Part shown: piece by piece, positions 1-15,400 of the stretch
Layout of the letters: every line of letters begins with the position of its first letter
Numbering within the stretch: the stretch's first letter is position 1
Origin: Azolla caroliniana
Lineage: Eukaryota; Plantae; Polypodiophyta
Direction: 5' to 3'
Assembly: GCA_043228905.1 (NCBI GenBank)
Contig: JBHGNT010000010.1
Span: 9,982,001 to 10,046,000 of the forward strand
DNA length: 64,000 bases
Notes under the pieces: generated by a model
The model's input: the letters and a program-made list of their open reading frames with translations, nothing else
Told to the model about the DNA's origin: nothing
Databases searched by the model: none
Position numbers and translations under genes: made by a program

Positions 1-499
1 TTCTTTGGCTTGATCGGAGGAAGTCTCCCCGATGTGTGTATAAATCTCCTTATAGACTCTATGTAATAATCCTTCCTAACTAATGGGAAAGTAGCTTTAC
101 TTTGAAAAAAACAAAAAAACAAAATTATGGTCGCAAAATAGTATCAAAATGTTGGTGGGTATGTGTGGGGTTAGATTAGATTAGATTTTATAAGATATTT
201 TTTAGTGTCAATAAAGAGTCAATATACAACACCCCTAAGTACAAACGTTTTCTCGATGTGTGTCTCCTTCCTAAGAAGGGAAATTCATATATGTAAGCAT
301 AAAGTCTCGATATGTGGATAAGACATACACATATGAGATCCACTTTCTAGGTATTCTCTTTAGTATGACACTCAAGCTAATCACCCCCTCTTAATATATC
401 ATCATAACCTTCACGAATTGCACTATATGTAGAGAATGTAAAAAGCAAGTGATACTCATACTCTACTGGTCCTTCCTTGCATACCTTAGATGTCTAAAT

Positions 500-2600
500 A
501 CATTTGAATACCTAGGTTGTGTGATCGAGTGCGAAGGAGTGTTAGGGCTCTACAAGAGTTAAGACTCATGTTAGTAATGAGGTTTAAAGGTTGAATACAA
601 ATTACAATCAATAGGGATTCTTGCCTTATATAGAACCCAACATTTAGGATTGATGTTTGCAATGTAATATTTAAGTTTATCCTTTTCGCATCTTTCCACT
701 TCCTTTATGTAATATTCGTCCGAGCCGCAGATAAATCTTTCAGAAAAGATCTCACCATTCTTTTGGAGGAAGGGATGAGCATGACCAATTGGGTGTCGGA
801 TTGGGGGGAGGTGCTAGAGGCTTGTCAAGTACTTTGAAGGAGGGCGCTAGGAATGGAGGATGGCTATGACATCCGAATAAAGACGACTATCAAAGGACAT
901 CCAAAGTTAGAAACATAAATCCAAGCGGATGTTGGCAAAGGAAAAGTATCAGAGTTAGCAATCCATTAGCTCATAAAATGATCGAAGGATTTGCAGCTTA
1001 ATTTCATGAAGCTTGAGAAGGGTGAAATCTTAGGTGTTGAGCAAAAGCCCAAGGAACGAGAAAAGAGGGAGTATGTCTACCGGGGCATATGGTGTGATAG
1101 CTCGCTCTGGGCACCTAAAAAGGGATTGTCAGAGTCACAAGGAGGCGTTGGAAAGAAACATTATCTTCTACTAGGATAGGAGAATCCACTTCTATGGGAC
1201 TCGACAACCCCTAAAGTCCAACTTCGGGAAGGGTGGAATGAAGAAGTTGATGGAGGACAAAGAGTCGAAGAATATAAAGGCAATCAACTACCTCCAGATT
1301 GAAGGTTGGTAATCCCCAAATCAGATCAGGATTCTAGGGAAAAGTGATCAAAGAGACGGAAAACAGAAAGAGCTATTGCGGAGGCGATGAAGGTAAAGGG
1401 AAGTAGGAGGTTGGCCCCTCCTACATTAAAACATCCCTTGATCGAAAGAAGGGGCTAGAGTCCATGATTCTCAACAACAAGTCAAGTTGACACTTCGAGT
1501 TATATGTGGATCGCAAAGAAAGAATTCCATGAAGTGATCATCGACGTGATTTGGAGGAAGAGATAGGTGGTCGAAGAAGTAAGCAGAATAAATACTGTCA
1601 CGATACAAGAGGAAGGTGAGGATGAGGAAACTACACTCTTAGTTGAAGTACGGAGTGCCAACATATGGTGTAGGCATGAGGAAGAAAGAAGCAATTACAC
1701 TTGTACGCATTGGGTTCGTGCAACAACTAAAGCTACAATTTGAATCAGATATAATGTACCTTGTTGTCGTCGAGCGAGGGTTACAAAAATTAACCTTCAG
1801 TTGTAGGAAACATGGAGTCGTGAAGGCAACACAGAGAATCCATCATAACTTATCGCCATGGAAGCAAAACACATTGTTTAAACATGCATTAGAAATCTCT
1901 CTCAAAGGGCTTTCCATTGAGGTAAAGAACAAAAAATTGTGAAGATATTAACCTCTCCTAGAACCCAAAAGTGGCCTATGAGACAAACCATGATTATGCA
2001 AATATGGATGAATCCATTATTGAAACAACCCCATCATCACTCATCGGAATGAATGCATGTGGTGGAATGATCTTTGAGATGGTTTTACATGCATGACGTG
2101 TGTAGCTCATATTATGCCTGAGAGTTGTGGTGATTGAACTTCACATCCAAGGTGGTTTGTTACGGTGAAATGGGATTAAGGATGGCCAAAATAAGATGAA
2201 CCTTCATTTATTGTCGAGCCATTTGAAGGAGAAATAAAGAAAGAACCATATTCTTGGGTTGGCCACAAGGTAGCAATAAAACATGGCTCAAACCATAAGA
2301 GTTAGCAAATGGGAATGAAATAGTCAAGGGTTTGAAACTCACTAAAGATAACAATCGGAAAAGATGGGTTAATAAAGATAAAAGACAACAAGAGAATGTG
2401 TGATAAAAGAAATTTTTACCAAATTTTTTTGCTGAAGTCAAGCTCTTGAGGGCCATAAAATAAGGAAAAGATCTCACTTTTGGGTTCACAAGTTTTCAAA
2501 CTCGAACACCCAAGCTTTGTCAACAAACTGAATGTTGTGGGATAGCTTGTCATGAGGGCACAAATGAGGAAACTACGATGATGAGGCATCATTGCCGTCA
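500..2600 (-). mobile_element. Highly degenerate L1-like LINE relic (ORF1/endonuclease start), tentative
   Basis: Only weak motif remnants on the minus strand (MSLNSCRAL near 570 resembling an APE start; NEGSSYFG/DVKFN near 2140-2210 resembling DUF4283); many stops. Confidence 0.25.
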
Positions 2601-3422
2601 ATGGTAAACTTGCCACATTGAATCAAGAATATCCCCCCAACTCTTTCTTATCTATTTTCCTTTTACCCTGACTTGATGGGTTTAACATAATGTGTTTTAA
2701 CTTATATCAAAATATGTATTTGTGTAATTTAGACTAATCTAATCAATTCCTACTAGTAAATTGTGGGTGGGTTTATACAACTTTCCTCCTATTGGTCCAG
2801 TTAAACCATATCGAAGGAGACATGACTAATTGAAACCTTGTGAAACTCGAAGGAGAATTTGTTCCTTCCACAAAGACTCAAAGAGAGATAAGTCCACCTA
2901 ATGGCTATCCACAAGAGAATGCGCTCATTGGTTTATTACCAATAGAAATTCATTGATATATTTATACATAAAGCCATTGGTATTTTTATGTCCACGTTTT
3001 GATAACATTTTAAGAGAAATGCACAAAATCAAGGAATTCCAGTAAAATATCATTACCGAAATCCTAGTTTGAATAGTCTTGACTTGCTTTTTGTTGGTTA
3101 CAAACAAGGACCATTCAAAACCCTTAAAAACTTAATGTTCCTATGGCCGCCACTGCCATGGAATTTCATGCCGGTAAGCTGACATGGCATTTACAGGGAA
3201 TCCATACAAAGAATGGCATCCAGCCCCTACAGTTAAAAAACTACTTACAAATGACCAATTCAGATATACAACAAACTATCCCTCCCCTACTCAATGCAAC
3301 ATTCTTGTCCTAAGTGTTCAGTAAATATCATCAGGATTCATGTTGAATCTGCATCTTTTGGTTCTCAATCAGATCTGGAAACCAACATATAGCAGGTCTG
3401 AATATATATGTATGTGGCATTG

Positions 3423-6400
3423 CTAGGAAAAACTGTCTGAATTGCATCGAGAATAATCAACCTCCATAAATTGTTCTTCTTGTCCATAATCCCATGGCCT
3501 TTCTAAGGCCATAGGCTTTTCCAAACCGTGCACTGAATCACTATAGCCATCAAAGCAATGTACCCCACGATCCACACATGTGCCCATAGGTTCTTCCTGT
3601 TTACGTTCAGGACATGATTTATAGTCATTAAAGTTGATCCGGTGCCTATGATAGACACCATTTCCATTATTATAAGGCTGTGAAGACCCCTGCCTAAAGG
3701 ATTCTTGTCGGTTGTTCTTCCTATTGAATGGGAAATTCTTTCTAAATCCTGTATCGTTCCTATTCCAGTGGCCATGAGGTTTTGACCATCTAGATGTGCC
3801 ATTGCCTTGGAAGGCTACAGGAGGTTTCCGTTTGTGTCCCCTAATAGAACCAGGTTCATGGTGCTGCCAGTAGTGCATATTTGGTTTCGTATTCGGATCT
3901 TTGTCAAAATAGGGTCGTTTTAGATGGGGGGTTGGCAATATACGAGGCGACAAGCATGGGACAGCTGGCTCCAACTCGGGATCATAGCCTGGTGGTCCAC
4001 TTGCCATGTCTGTCTCATTGAACACCGGCGCACGAAATTTTGGTCCGACTTCCTTGACATCCTTGATTCTAGCATCTCCAGACACATATGGACCCCAGGC
4101 ATGAGCAGCCATAAGAGACTGCAATTGCCAGGGGTGAATTTCTGGCCCAAAAAGAGCATGCATTTGTTTGAAGAACTTTGAGGGTGAGATGCCAAACTCT
4201 ATGTCGGATATGTTCGTGGCTCGATCACACGGTGCGCCAGACTCATTTCCAGGCACCATATTCTCTTTTAGCCCAGCTGATTCGGAACTGATGAAGGGTA
4301 CAGTACCCCAAGTAGCGCTGCTATCATGCAACTGATGTGCAAAAGGAAAAGTTTGTGGGAAGTAAGAATATTCTTGAACAGAGGTATGGTCTACATGAAT
4401 TTGTGCTACTGGAATACCCATACAAACAGATCCATCATGCGGGATATATCCCATAGATGAGCCTGAAATGAGCTGTTCGACTGGGATTCCTTGAACCACA
4501 CCAGATGGATCTATCCCCTTCAAGTGAAGATCAGGAAATGAATGTGCATCTGGATATGTTGCATCAAGCTGATCTGCATCATCCATGTCACTTTCATGGA
4601 TACGAACATCATGGTTGGTGTTGTTGTGGTGATTGGGAGGAAGAAGGCTATTTGCACAGAAAGGCCAGAAGATCTGTGGCAACCTACTGGCCACGACTGC
4701 ATCTAACATCTCTTGTGATGGTTGAACCCACTCCCATGACTGCTTGCCTCTTCTATTATCATCCTCTACAAAAGATGCACCATATAATAACAGAATCAGG
4801 AAAAGGTTGCAAATTTCACCTGATAATTGAAAAAGAAGTAATAAAAAAACCTTATGTACCATTAGTTCTTCTGGATAGCCTGTAAGGTAGATTTTGGTTC
4901 AGTAAGTTCTTTTTTAATCTATGTGCAATTTGTTTGACCTGAGATACAAGTACATATCAATTACCCTTATCTGTTCTCATGAAATTAGGCATGAATGCAA
5001 AATCACATATTAACTCCTAAAGAAACTCAGGGAATTGCATTACCTCATTATCTGCATGATGGCAAAGATGCATTATAGTCTCTGTCAAACTGTTGAAGGC
5101 AATGAAACAGGATTAAGCATGTTCCATAGGCTGAAACACGAAGATCTAGCTTTTCTCCAACTATAGCATAAAAATTATAGAATCACAGACCTGTCTGGGC
5201 CAAGGTCTGCATTAATTTGCTCACGTGTCACAGTGCGTCTAGCTGCTAGAAATTCCACCACCTGATTAAAATAGGCAAGCAAAAGCTAGTAAAGAATTAA
5301 AGATTTTATTTTGGAGAGTAGACCTAGGAAAAGAGGATTAAAATTAAAACAAATGACAATCAGGTTGGCTCACACTCTCTTGTGGGCTCGTGTTCCCAGG
5401 ACTTGGGTTGTGTTATCTGAAATGCTCATTCATCCTGTAAGCTTTTGACTGGATAAATATAATCAAATACTTACAGGGAGCCAAATTTTGGGGCCAATCA
5501 TGGTGTAATATATCAAATAGTCTCAAGCACTACTAAGTCAACCTCAAGCAAAACAACGTGAAAACAACGAAGAGAAAGCAACTTGATCAACCTCTCTATA
5601 TGTAACACAATCAACTTTTCTGACAACATGGTATGTAACCAAAGGTTGGAAATACCAATCTGAATCTCGTAAATGCTTCATATGCTACAGTTACATGAAG
5701 CTATTTGTTGGGGTTCTAGACTATCAACCTTTACATAGTGGCATTGAGACAGAAATGGTGCACTCCACTTTCAAGTCTCAAGTTCAAGCTAGCTCGAAGT
5801 TACCCTTTCTCCACTTCTATCATCATGGTTAGACTCCAAAATTGACGATTCATGTATTTTACGGCTATGATCTACCACAAATGATGATCCAGACTATAGG
5901 CTCATATTTTAAGTTGGCAATCATAGGAAAAATGAATGATGCGTAAAAAGATATAAATTTACACAACTTTCGAAGAAACATATTCATGTCTTTAACCTAC
6001 ATCAAGAACATTTTGACAAGCTCTTTTAAATACGACAAATCAAGTTAAAAACAATGATTAAGAATTACAATGAGTGAGGTAGGTTGAAAGAAGGAAGAGA
6101 CACGCATGAATCCAATGGTTCTATCTATTGGATATTGCTGTCTCATGTTAATCTTACAGCCATAATCTTCCCACTCTGTACTTGGAGATTGATGAGTGTT
6201 CACGTTTTCAATGAGGTTTCACACTCTTATTATATGTGGGTTCCCATTTCCCACATTTAATCAGGGTGTAGCTCAATCTTGGTCATTCCTAAATGTTATC
6301 AGAGTAAGATTTTAAATTGGCTCCATTTTAAAGCATCAATATTTGATAAACATGCTCATATATTTAATCTATATACTTTCAAATAACATGTTAAAAAATG

Positions 6401-9400
6401 GAACTCAATGAAAGGAAATAATTTTTACTAGCTCTTTCTAAATTATAATAATCGATCAATCTAAAAAATATGTTTAGAAAGAAAGAAATGTATATATATA
6501 TCAACATTTCAAAAAAGATTAAGACAGATTATGTTTATTCGTAAATGCAAGGAACAAAAGAGAAAATTGCAAAGATGTGTGAAAACTTTGAGTTCGTAAA
6601 TGTAACAAGTTGTTGGAGATAAACATGCACAAAACAAAAGATAATGAAATCCATATTCTTGATTACAGAAGATATTAAGTTCCACAATAAAAATATTGTA
6701 GTATTATAGACATATAGAGATACTTCAATGATGTCATGTCATGTATAATGAAACTTTATTACTTCATATTATTATACTGCAATTAAAATTATCTGCAAAA
6801 TCATGAAGTCGTAATTTTCTCTATGGTAGATTTATATTCTGGATATAATCTAGTGTGAATTAACAAGCGTATGCACTTTCCTTCCAACATCCATTTTTAT
6901 ATTCTTTTATAAAATTTCTCGTGGAAGGTTAGCTAATATCATGAAATGAAGGTCACATCCGACTAGGAATAATTTACATGCATAAAGAATAGTCATGACT
7001 CTTTATAGTAAGATGGACAAATACTTTTCATAGACAGCCAAGACTGTTCCTTATGGTAATAAGATGGGAAGTTACTTTTCGTGTCCTTGAGACATGTCAT
7101 CATGCTTTTAAAGTATTCTATCTTTATATGTAGAAGGAACTCATCGCAACTACTGCGCACTCATCAACAATAACTATAAGATTTGAAACTCAAACTTGGA
7201 GATATCATTCACAGAAATAAATAAGAAGTTTGCATACATATAACTAAGACCTCTAGACCTTCATCTATGTTTTTATCAATCATTAGACTCTAAAAAGGGA
7301 TAGTTCAAAAGAATTTTGTTTGAAAGGTTTCCATGTATCTTTCTTTTTGGCATACAATTTACTCCAAGACATGTCTCAAATCACATACACTCTCATAGTA
7401 TAATCATTTCGCCCCATTGCAATAATGAATATGAATTCCATCACTGTGATATTCTCAATTCATTTCCATCTCTCATCTCAATCAGATCTTTTCCATTTCT
7501 GTATCATTTCTAGATGTGTATTGGAAGCATGAATGTGTTCTTTCAAGCACTTAACTTTAAAATTATGTTGTTTTTTCCGCATAAATTTCTTCCATTCTTT
7601 AGGATACTTTTGAACCACACGTTTTTATCAGAAAAAGGGGCAAACAAGTACATCAGTTCATGACCAATTCCATCATCATCTCTCAACCCATCTCTCATGG
7701 ATATCTAGGAACTTACATCTAGTAGATATATATACTGCTTTAAAATATGCCTTCAGCATGGATCAGAACTGAAAGCAGAGAGATATGCAGCTAATGCATC
7801 CATCAATTAAATACTTCTAACATTATACACAATCTGAGCTCCTACGACAGGATTTCCACACATTTGAAACCTCAAATTCATAGTACTGATCATTTGTTAC
7901 TGGATAAATGCCCAGAAAACCTCATGCAGTTGCCATTACACCATATATAGCCTGTCAAACCTCTCCACAGGAAGGTTTTCCTTCCCTAGAATATCCCCAT
8001 GAATAATCAAAACCAACCATACAACAAAAAAACGCAGGTACCTGCCAGACTTCTATACATGGTCTAACCTTCCCTAGAACATCCCCATGAATAATCAAGA
8101 CCAACCACACAACAAGAGAAAGCAGGTACCTTCCAGTCTTCTATACATGGCCAAAAACATGAAAATTTTCAAATGAAAGATGGAGACACTAGAAGGTTTT
8201 TATAATCTGGCATTGGAGACACAAGAAGGTTTGGAACCAGAAATATATTTACACAGGCAGTGTCCACAGAGCCACCAGTGACAACAGGTCAAAAAAATGT
8301 TCATTGGGAAGTTAAAGAATACGCTCTACATTTTGAAAGTGCAGATCTACAATGCAGTTATCTACATAAAAAGCAAATGCAAATGTGCACTTTTTTATTG
8401 ACTTTTAAAATCCCCAATACATATAAGCTTGCCAATTGTCACCAGTGAGAATAACAAGAATAATATATTTAGCAAATAAAAAGTGCATAAGGAAACAAAA
8501 ACTCTCAAAGTGCGGAAGAGAATTAGGAATTTTCAAACCTTCAAAAGTTTGCGGACAATGGGTGTTTCCCTGTAGTCTTTCCTGCTCATTATCATGTACT
8601 CATTCAACTTCTTCAAACCTGTCATAAAAGCATCCATAAAGATGTAGATATAGATACTTCAATGTTTCATGCATTCATTCATTGACACTTTAAGTGCAAT
8701 TCATCTACCGTTTTCTATAAGGAGCTAAAAATTATTTATTGAACAGCTTTTTAAAATATTGAAAATAATGAAAACAAATCAGAAAACACCACAATGGAAA
8801 TCATAACATTCTTCCAATTCCATCCGCCAATGGCACAGTTGCCATATCCATTCTTCCATAGGTTTGAAGAGATCCATATCTGCCTATGTCCATTTCGAAC
8901 TGATTTGAAGAGATTCTAAGCTGCCCCATCACACTGGAGTGCATAGGGTAAATATGTGTCTATATAAGAAGGCTCGATAATAATAAACTCACCCTGCATG
9001 TGTAAAAAGAGTGCTTTGTAGTAGGCCATCTTGAAAGTGGAATTGGATATGTGCACATAGTCTTTCAACCACATAAGGGCTACATATCCACAAGAAAGTT
9101 GAGCACAAGTAGCCTCCTATTGGGAGAACCAAGGGCTCGTGAATGTTACTCCTTGACATGTGTAGAATAATTTGTATGCCAGCTTTTCCTCTCCCAAGAA
9201 GAATTCTGCTTCTGATCTTGTTAACCCTGCTTGTTTCATGTTAAACACCATCACTTTATCAAGGTTTATCAACAAATCCCAAATCCTTCTGTATACAAAA
9301 TTACTTTAAAGCATGATATCTTCGTAGGCCCTCTTAAGAGTCGGAGATAAACACAATGTCATTGGTATACAGTAAAATAAATATGACTACCTGTGCTAAG

Positions 9401-12400
9401 AATGCTCTTGAACCACCCAATCTCTCTACGTAATTAGATATCTCATCTATATAAAGGCCAAAGAGAGTGATAATGGTTGTCCTTGTTCTATTGCAACTAT
9501 GCTAGCTACGCTAGCCCCCACCTCAAACAATGCGATAAGAGTGCACACTTTCGAAAACCTCAAAGCACATTTGCATATTCATGTAGGATCTGAGGTGAGG
9601 TCAGTTGTTCGTTACGTAGTCCCTCATTGAACATTTTCCATCCTTTTTTACTTTTTTGTCTGAGGAACAACCATTACAGCTGTTTTTCAAATTTAGCCAA
9701 ATACTCATAAGGCATTAAAAGGCTTTTTTTGCTTGTTTATATGTACAAATCCTATAAGTTCCTTCTCATTCCAAGCTTCTCCTTGTATCACAGAATTCCT
9801 CATAATACCAACTGTTTGTGTGGCTCTATCACATAGGGGCACATTGCTGACCGTGATGTATGAAAAGGATTTGTTATAGCATAATGCATTGACTTAGACA
9901 ACCTTTGTGTGACTACTTCTAGAGATGCGAAAGGATCCAAATCAAGCATGCCATTATGCATTCCACAGTTATACATTGATTTGTTGCCAAACCAGTAGGT
10001 CTACCAGAGATGGTAAAATCCCCTATGTCACTAGTAGAATGCAATGTCATGAAACTGTATGATTACTAGTTGCTTAATTATTGTCTTACAGCTGGGGAAA
10101 TGCATTTGTGGCTGCAAAATGCAATGACTTTGACAGTGTAGGGAAAAGCATTTGTTGTAATTGCAATGTCTAAGGCACTTTTATGAAACTGTATGACTAC
10201 TAGTAAGGTAGTTGCAATTGCTTAAATTATTTTCTAAGAATAAAATAAAATGAAAATACTAATCTCTAACGCTATGTACAACCCTATATAAATGGTGTAT
10301 GATTTTGCAATGGGAGGCATATCCATGAGGAATATTTGAAAAGAAACATCAATGAAGTATGTTATCTTAGTGTGTTGAAGTTTATACTTTGTTAAATCAA
10401 AGATTGTAGTTCCTAATACTACACAAGGTGGAAATCATCTATTGTAGCAACTTTTGCTTGATATGTGCTAACCCATAAATAATAAGTCTTAAACAATATA
10501 AATGAGAAGATTAACTAATTTATGGGGGTCTTTTGCTAAGCCTGGACTACAGAGACCAGGAGTGGGAGTGCTGAAGAGACGCACTAATAGTAATGAAACC
10601 TTGAGAGTTGATTGGGTTCATTCATGTTTGTGATGAGTTGGCCAGACCTATCTAGTTTAGCCTAAAGGTCGAGGGTTCGATTCTTTTCTTTCCAATCCAT
10701 GATTTTGCTACTTGAAACCTTCCTCATCACTACCTACAGATAGAGGCTCATCACCTACACATACAAAGCGTGTGATAGGTGATGGCGGCACTGTGGTGAG
10801 TTGGCAACATCTATCTACTTTAGCCTAAAGGTCAGTTGTTGGATCCTTTTCTTTACAAACATCTTCTCATCACTACATATGGATAAAGGCTAAAGGTCAG
10901 GTGTTGGATCCTTTTCTTTACAAACATCTTCTCATCACTACATCCAATCCATGCTTTTGCACCTAAAACCCTCCTCATCACTACATATGGATAAAGGCTC
11001 GGAGTTGAGGTCAAGGGAGGGTTAAAGCATTTGATACATGTGAGTCAAGTGATCCAATTCGAGCTACAGGGAGATATTGAAGAAGCAAAGAACTTGAAGA
11101 ACACAATAGCATTGTGGAAGATGGTCAATGAAAATTCTGAAGGATGTGAGGCAGCTCTTATGTGCATGTTGACACGGGAAGCTAGTAATAGAGGAAATTT
11201 TGGTATTCAGTTTAAAATTGCAAATATGTATGATGTGTTTATGAATTATATTGCAAAGAAAAATAGTGAAGTTGGAAAGCAAAATAAAGGTAAAGCTGAT
11301 GAAAACGATAGATAAACATGATGATAATGTTAATATTTATATTATAGGTGTTACAACACAAGTTGATGTTGAAAAAAAACGTGGGTGAAGTTATTGAGAA
11401 AGATAGATGATGGATGATAAGGTTGAGAATACGTGATGGGTGTGATTGATGATGTGATGGTTGTGATAGACAATGTTAATGATGTGGATGATGTGATGGT
11501 TGCGATAGATGATGTTAATGATGTGGATGATATGATGGTTGTGATAGATGATGTTAATGATGTGGATGTGGTGATGATGATATGGAGGTGAGGGTCGATG
11601 TCGTGTTGCCAATCACACATGATGTGAAACCATACCCAAGCAAGACACATTCTCCCCTTACACATCATTACTAATTTGTTTATGCACATAATTGTGAATA
11701 AATAAAAGTGAAGTGTGGGTTTTGAACCCTTCAACCTTATGTTATATAACTACCAATAAGATAATATATAATTGTTTTAATTATTTAGTTACGAGAAAAA
11801 AAAGATGAATGTATTAACTTCTAATGATAGGTAAGATCCTATAAAAAGGACACCTCATTTTATAAGCAGAAGTGGTTTTATATAGAACATATGAGAAGAA
11901 ACATCAACAAAGCAAGTTAGCTCAATGGATTAAAAGTGTATGTTTGTTAAGTTACAGATTGCACATGTAATCTTACATAGGGTAGAAATCAAAAAACAAA
12001 AAATTGAACGATATAAAAGAGAAAGTTGGCTCATTTATAAAGGTCTTTTGATTAGACAAATCTTGGGAGACCGAGCGGATTAAGGGAGTGATAAAAAGAT
12101 AGACCACACTATTTGTAATTATATGCTGATTAATGAAATTTTGGGTTTGAATATTTGTGGGTGTGTGCTTCTCAACAAACATCTTTCAATCTACCGTTTT
12201 GCATTGTCACCACATCAAATTAGAGGCCTGACACTTGTCTATGCATCTGTGACACAATTCACATGAAGAAGAAGTTTGTCGACATATTAGATAGAAAGAC
12301 GATATTTGTCGACATACATACACATAAATAAACCCAACCCAATTTTACATTAATCAACATAAAATTACAATTATTGAAGATTCTCTCTTCCTCATGCAAT

Positions 12401-15400
12401 CGCTTTGGCCTCCAAAATATAGACTTAACAAAAAAACCCCAGAAATGAACCAACCCTTCTCTTTTATATGGTTCAGAAATTTCTATTTTTGGGTTGACAT
12501 ATATCAAATAAAAATTATTATCAGAAATGATTTTTCTCTATGCAACACTTTCAGCTTACAACCTGTAAATTAACAATTATACCCTATAACCCATTGAGCT
12601 AGCTTGCTTTGTTAAAAGAAATTCTCAAACATTCCTTATGAACACACCATTGCTTACGAAACAATATGCATTTATACAAGGTGTTATGTACCATTCGAAC
12701 TATATTCATTTCTCTTTTATCCTAGGTAAATAATTTACGCAATTACAACTACCTTGTTAATCATATACTTTCATAACATAAGGTTGTGGGGGTTTGAAGC
12801 CAGCATTTCACTTTTATTTCTTTACAAATATGTATGTAAAAAAGTTGTATTTAATGAACAACGAGAGAATATACTTGATTTTGAAAGTGGTTTCAATATG
12901 CTTGATTTTGAAAGTGGTTTCAATATGCTTGATTTTGAAAGTGGTTTCACAGTGTCTCATTGGCAACACAGCATCCACCCCCCTCAAAACTAGCACATCC
13001 TCCAAGATGCACCCAAAATAAGGTTCACATTTGTATTATCAAGACTTGATCCACATGCCAGTGCTTCACGTTATTGGTAATTATTTGTTAACCATGATAA
13101 AGTTGGCTGCCCACCATCTTGAGGCACCTTGCTTTTTCCAAAAATGGCTCTTCTAGTCTTTATCACCCATATCCCAAACATTCCAACTTTGCTGATCGTC
13201 ATCATTCTATCTCCCACTATTATCATCGTCCTCAATTCCCACATCATCATCCTCCTCTTTATTTCCCTTATCACTCTTATCATCGTTTCCATTTTAATCA
13301 ACATCATTATTAAGTCACATCCACTTTCACATCATCCATGATATTTACATCAACATCCATTACACCCTCATTCACGTCATTATAAAACCCTACAATATCA
13401 TCTTACCCATTTCATTATTCCAAATAATAGCATTATGTTTGACATACTCAACTTCCCTAACCCTATTTTTATCGTTATATCTATTATCCTTCTCCCGAAT
13501 TATGTCATTATGAACATGATCGTCTTTTTCAACACATTCTCTAATCTAGTTGGATAGTTGACATCAAAAAATGATTCAAAAGATGGAGTATGAAAGATCT
13601 CTTAGAGCTTTCAAGTGATGCTACGAAATATGTAGTTACTGAGGACAGGTTAATGGTGTTAGGAATATGTCCCTCCTATGGGAGGAGCCGACTGGTCGGG
13701 CCGAGAGCTGACAGTCGAAGACATGGTATAGCCTACTGGTCGGGCCAAGAGCCGACAGTCAAAGACTATAGCTGACTGGTCGGGCTAAGAGCTGACAGTC
13801 GATGACAAATGGAGAGTCGACAGTATAAAAGGAGGTCCAAGTCAAAGACATGACCGACTAGTCGGGTCGATCGGATGGTCAAAGACTGATTAACTAATAC
13901 TGTTATTAGGATAATAATAATAGGAATGAACGTAGCAGAGGCTACATTTCTAAATAGCCTATTTAGTGTATAAGTATAAATACACCTAGGGCAATGCTTG
14001 TGAGAAAAGAGAGAATAGAACAGAACTGTGGAACGAAGCAGGCTAGAGATGTACTGGAGAGATAGAGAGCGGCGCCATAGCCGAATGAGGTTTTGACGCC
14101 AAGAGCCTTGTGTGGCTGATAAACTCTGTGTGAAGTGTTGTATTCTGACCTCATCTGGTATTCTCTTGTGTATAGTGGAATCCCTGCTCGCGTGGTTTTC
14201 CCCGTTTAGGGTTACCACGTAAAACGTTGTGCATTGTGTATTTTGTCTACTACGCTGTTTTTCTATTTCCGCTAGATTTTTATATTTCAACATATCTTTC
14301 GTGGATCAACGATTCGATTCTTAACAAACTGGTATCAGAGCTTGAGGTGCAAGCATGGAAGGAGGTGTGAGCGGCTTCCCGAGTATGATAGTTCTAAACT
14401 CTCAGAACTATGCAGACTGGAAAATAAAGATGGAAGACCTTCTCATAGTGAAAGACCTGTACGAGCCCATCGACAGAGCAGAAATACCCACGGGGGTATT
14501 AGAGTCTGAATGGAAACTCCTAAACAGAAATTCGACGGCCACCATCAGCTAATGCGTCGATGTGAGTGTCCTTCAGCATGTAGCGAACAACACAAATGCC
14601 TACGAGATGTGGCAGAAGCTGTCAGGCCTATACGAGAGGAAGAATGCCCTCACCAAAACATCCTTGATGAGAAAGATTGTAAGGCTGAAATACAGGGACG
14701 GAGAAAGCACGTAAGCACATTCATGGGGTATGTGAATCAACTTGCTGCAACCAAGTTTCCCCTTGAAGATGCAATGCAGGCTATCCTGCTGCTGTGCACA
14801 CTGCCGGATAGCTAAGAGAATCTAGTGGTGACTCTCAGCACCTCGTGTCAAGAAGAGAACTAGTCTCTACAAGCGGTGAAGACAAGCATCTTGAACGAGG
14901 AGACGAGAAGGAAGGACAAGGGTATCCAGTCCCAGTCCGAGTCAAATCTGACTCAACAAACCGGCAAAGGAGATCACCAAGGAGAAAGAAAGAAAGAAAG
15001 AAAGATATATTAACGTCTTTTAAGAGGCCAAAATGGCCTATAAGACCAAATAAGAGAGTACATCTTGAGTGTTGTCTCGTCTTTGAGAACAAATCAAAAT
15101 AAAATAAATATTACACAGTAAATATAAAAGTAAATAAGATGAAAAGAGAAGAAACGAGGGAATCTGGTTTTTGGCACATGTGAGATTCTCAAGTTAGGTA
15201 TATTGTAGCTTTTGTCTTCGAAAGATCTCTAGCATAGGTCAATCCAGAATAGAAATGTCCAAACTGGAGAGAAAAGTCTCACGCCAGGTCCAAGTCCAGA
15301 GGTAAGCTAACATGCTTTTATTGTGGAAAGCCTAGACACTTTAAGGACTGCCGGCACCTCAAGGACAAGAGTGTCGGAAATAATGTCGAACCCAGGAAGA

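Noticed and set aside
3423-4862. Standalone 479-aa orphan gene
   Set aside because: The N-terminal ~32 codons are intronic; the rest splices in frame as the last ASHH2 exon.
6060-7500. Old copia (PBS-like TGTTATCAGAG at ~6293)
   Set aside because: Too degenerate to support boundaries or domains by eye.
10625-10700. tRNA gene (also 11905-11965, 22415-22485)
   Set aside because: Only degenerate A/B-box-like motifs without a consistent cloverleaf; better explained as SINE-like decay.
11351-13341. His/Ile/Thr-rich small ORFs
   Set aside because: Translations of GAT/CAT low-complexity ends of the inverted repeat.
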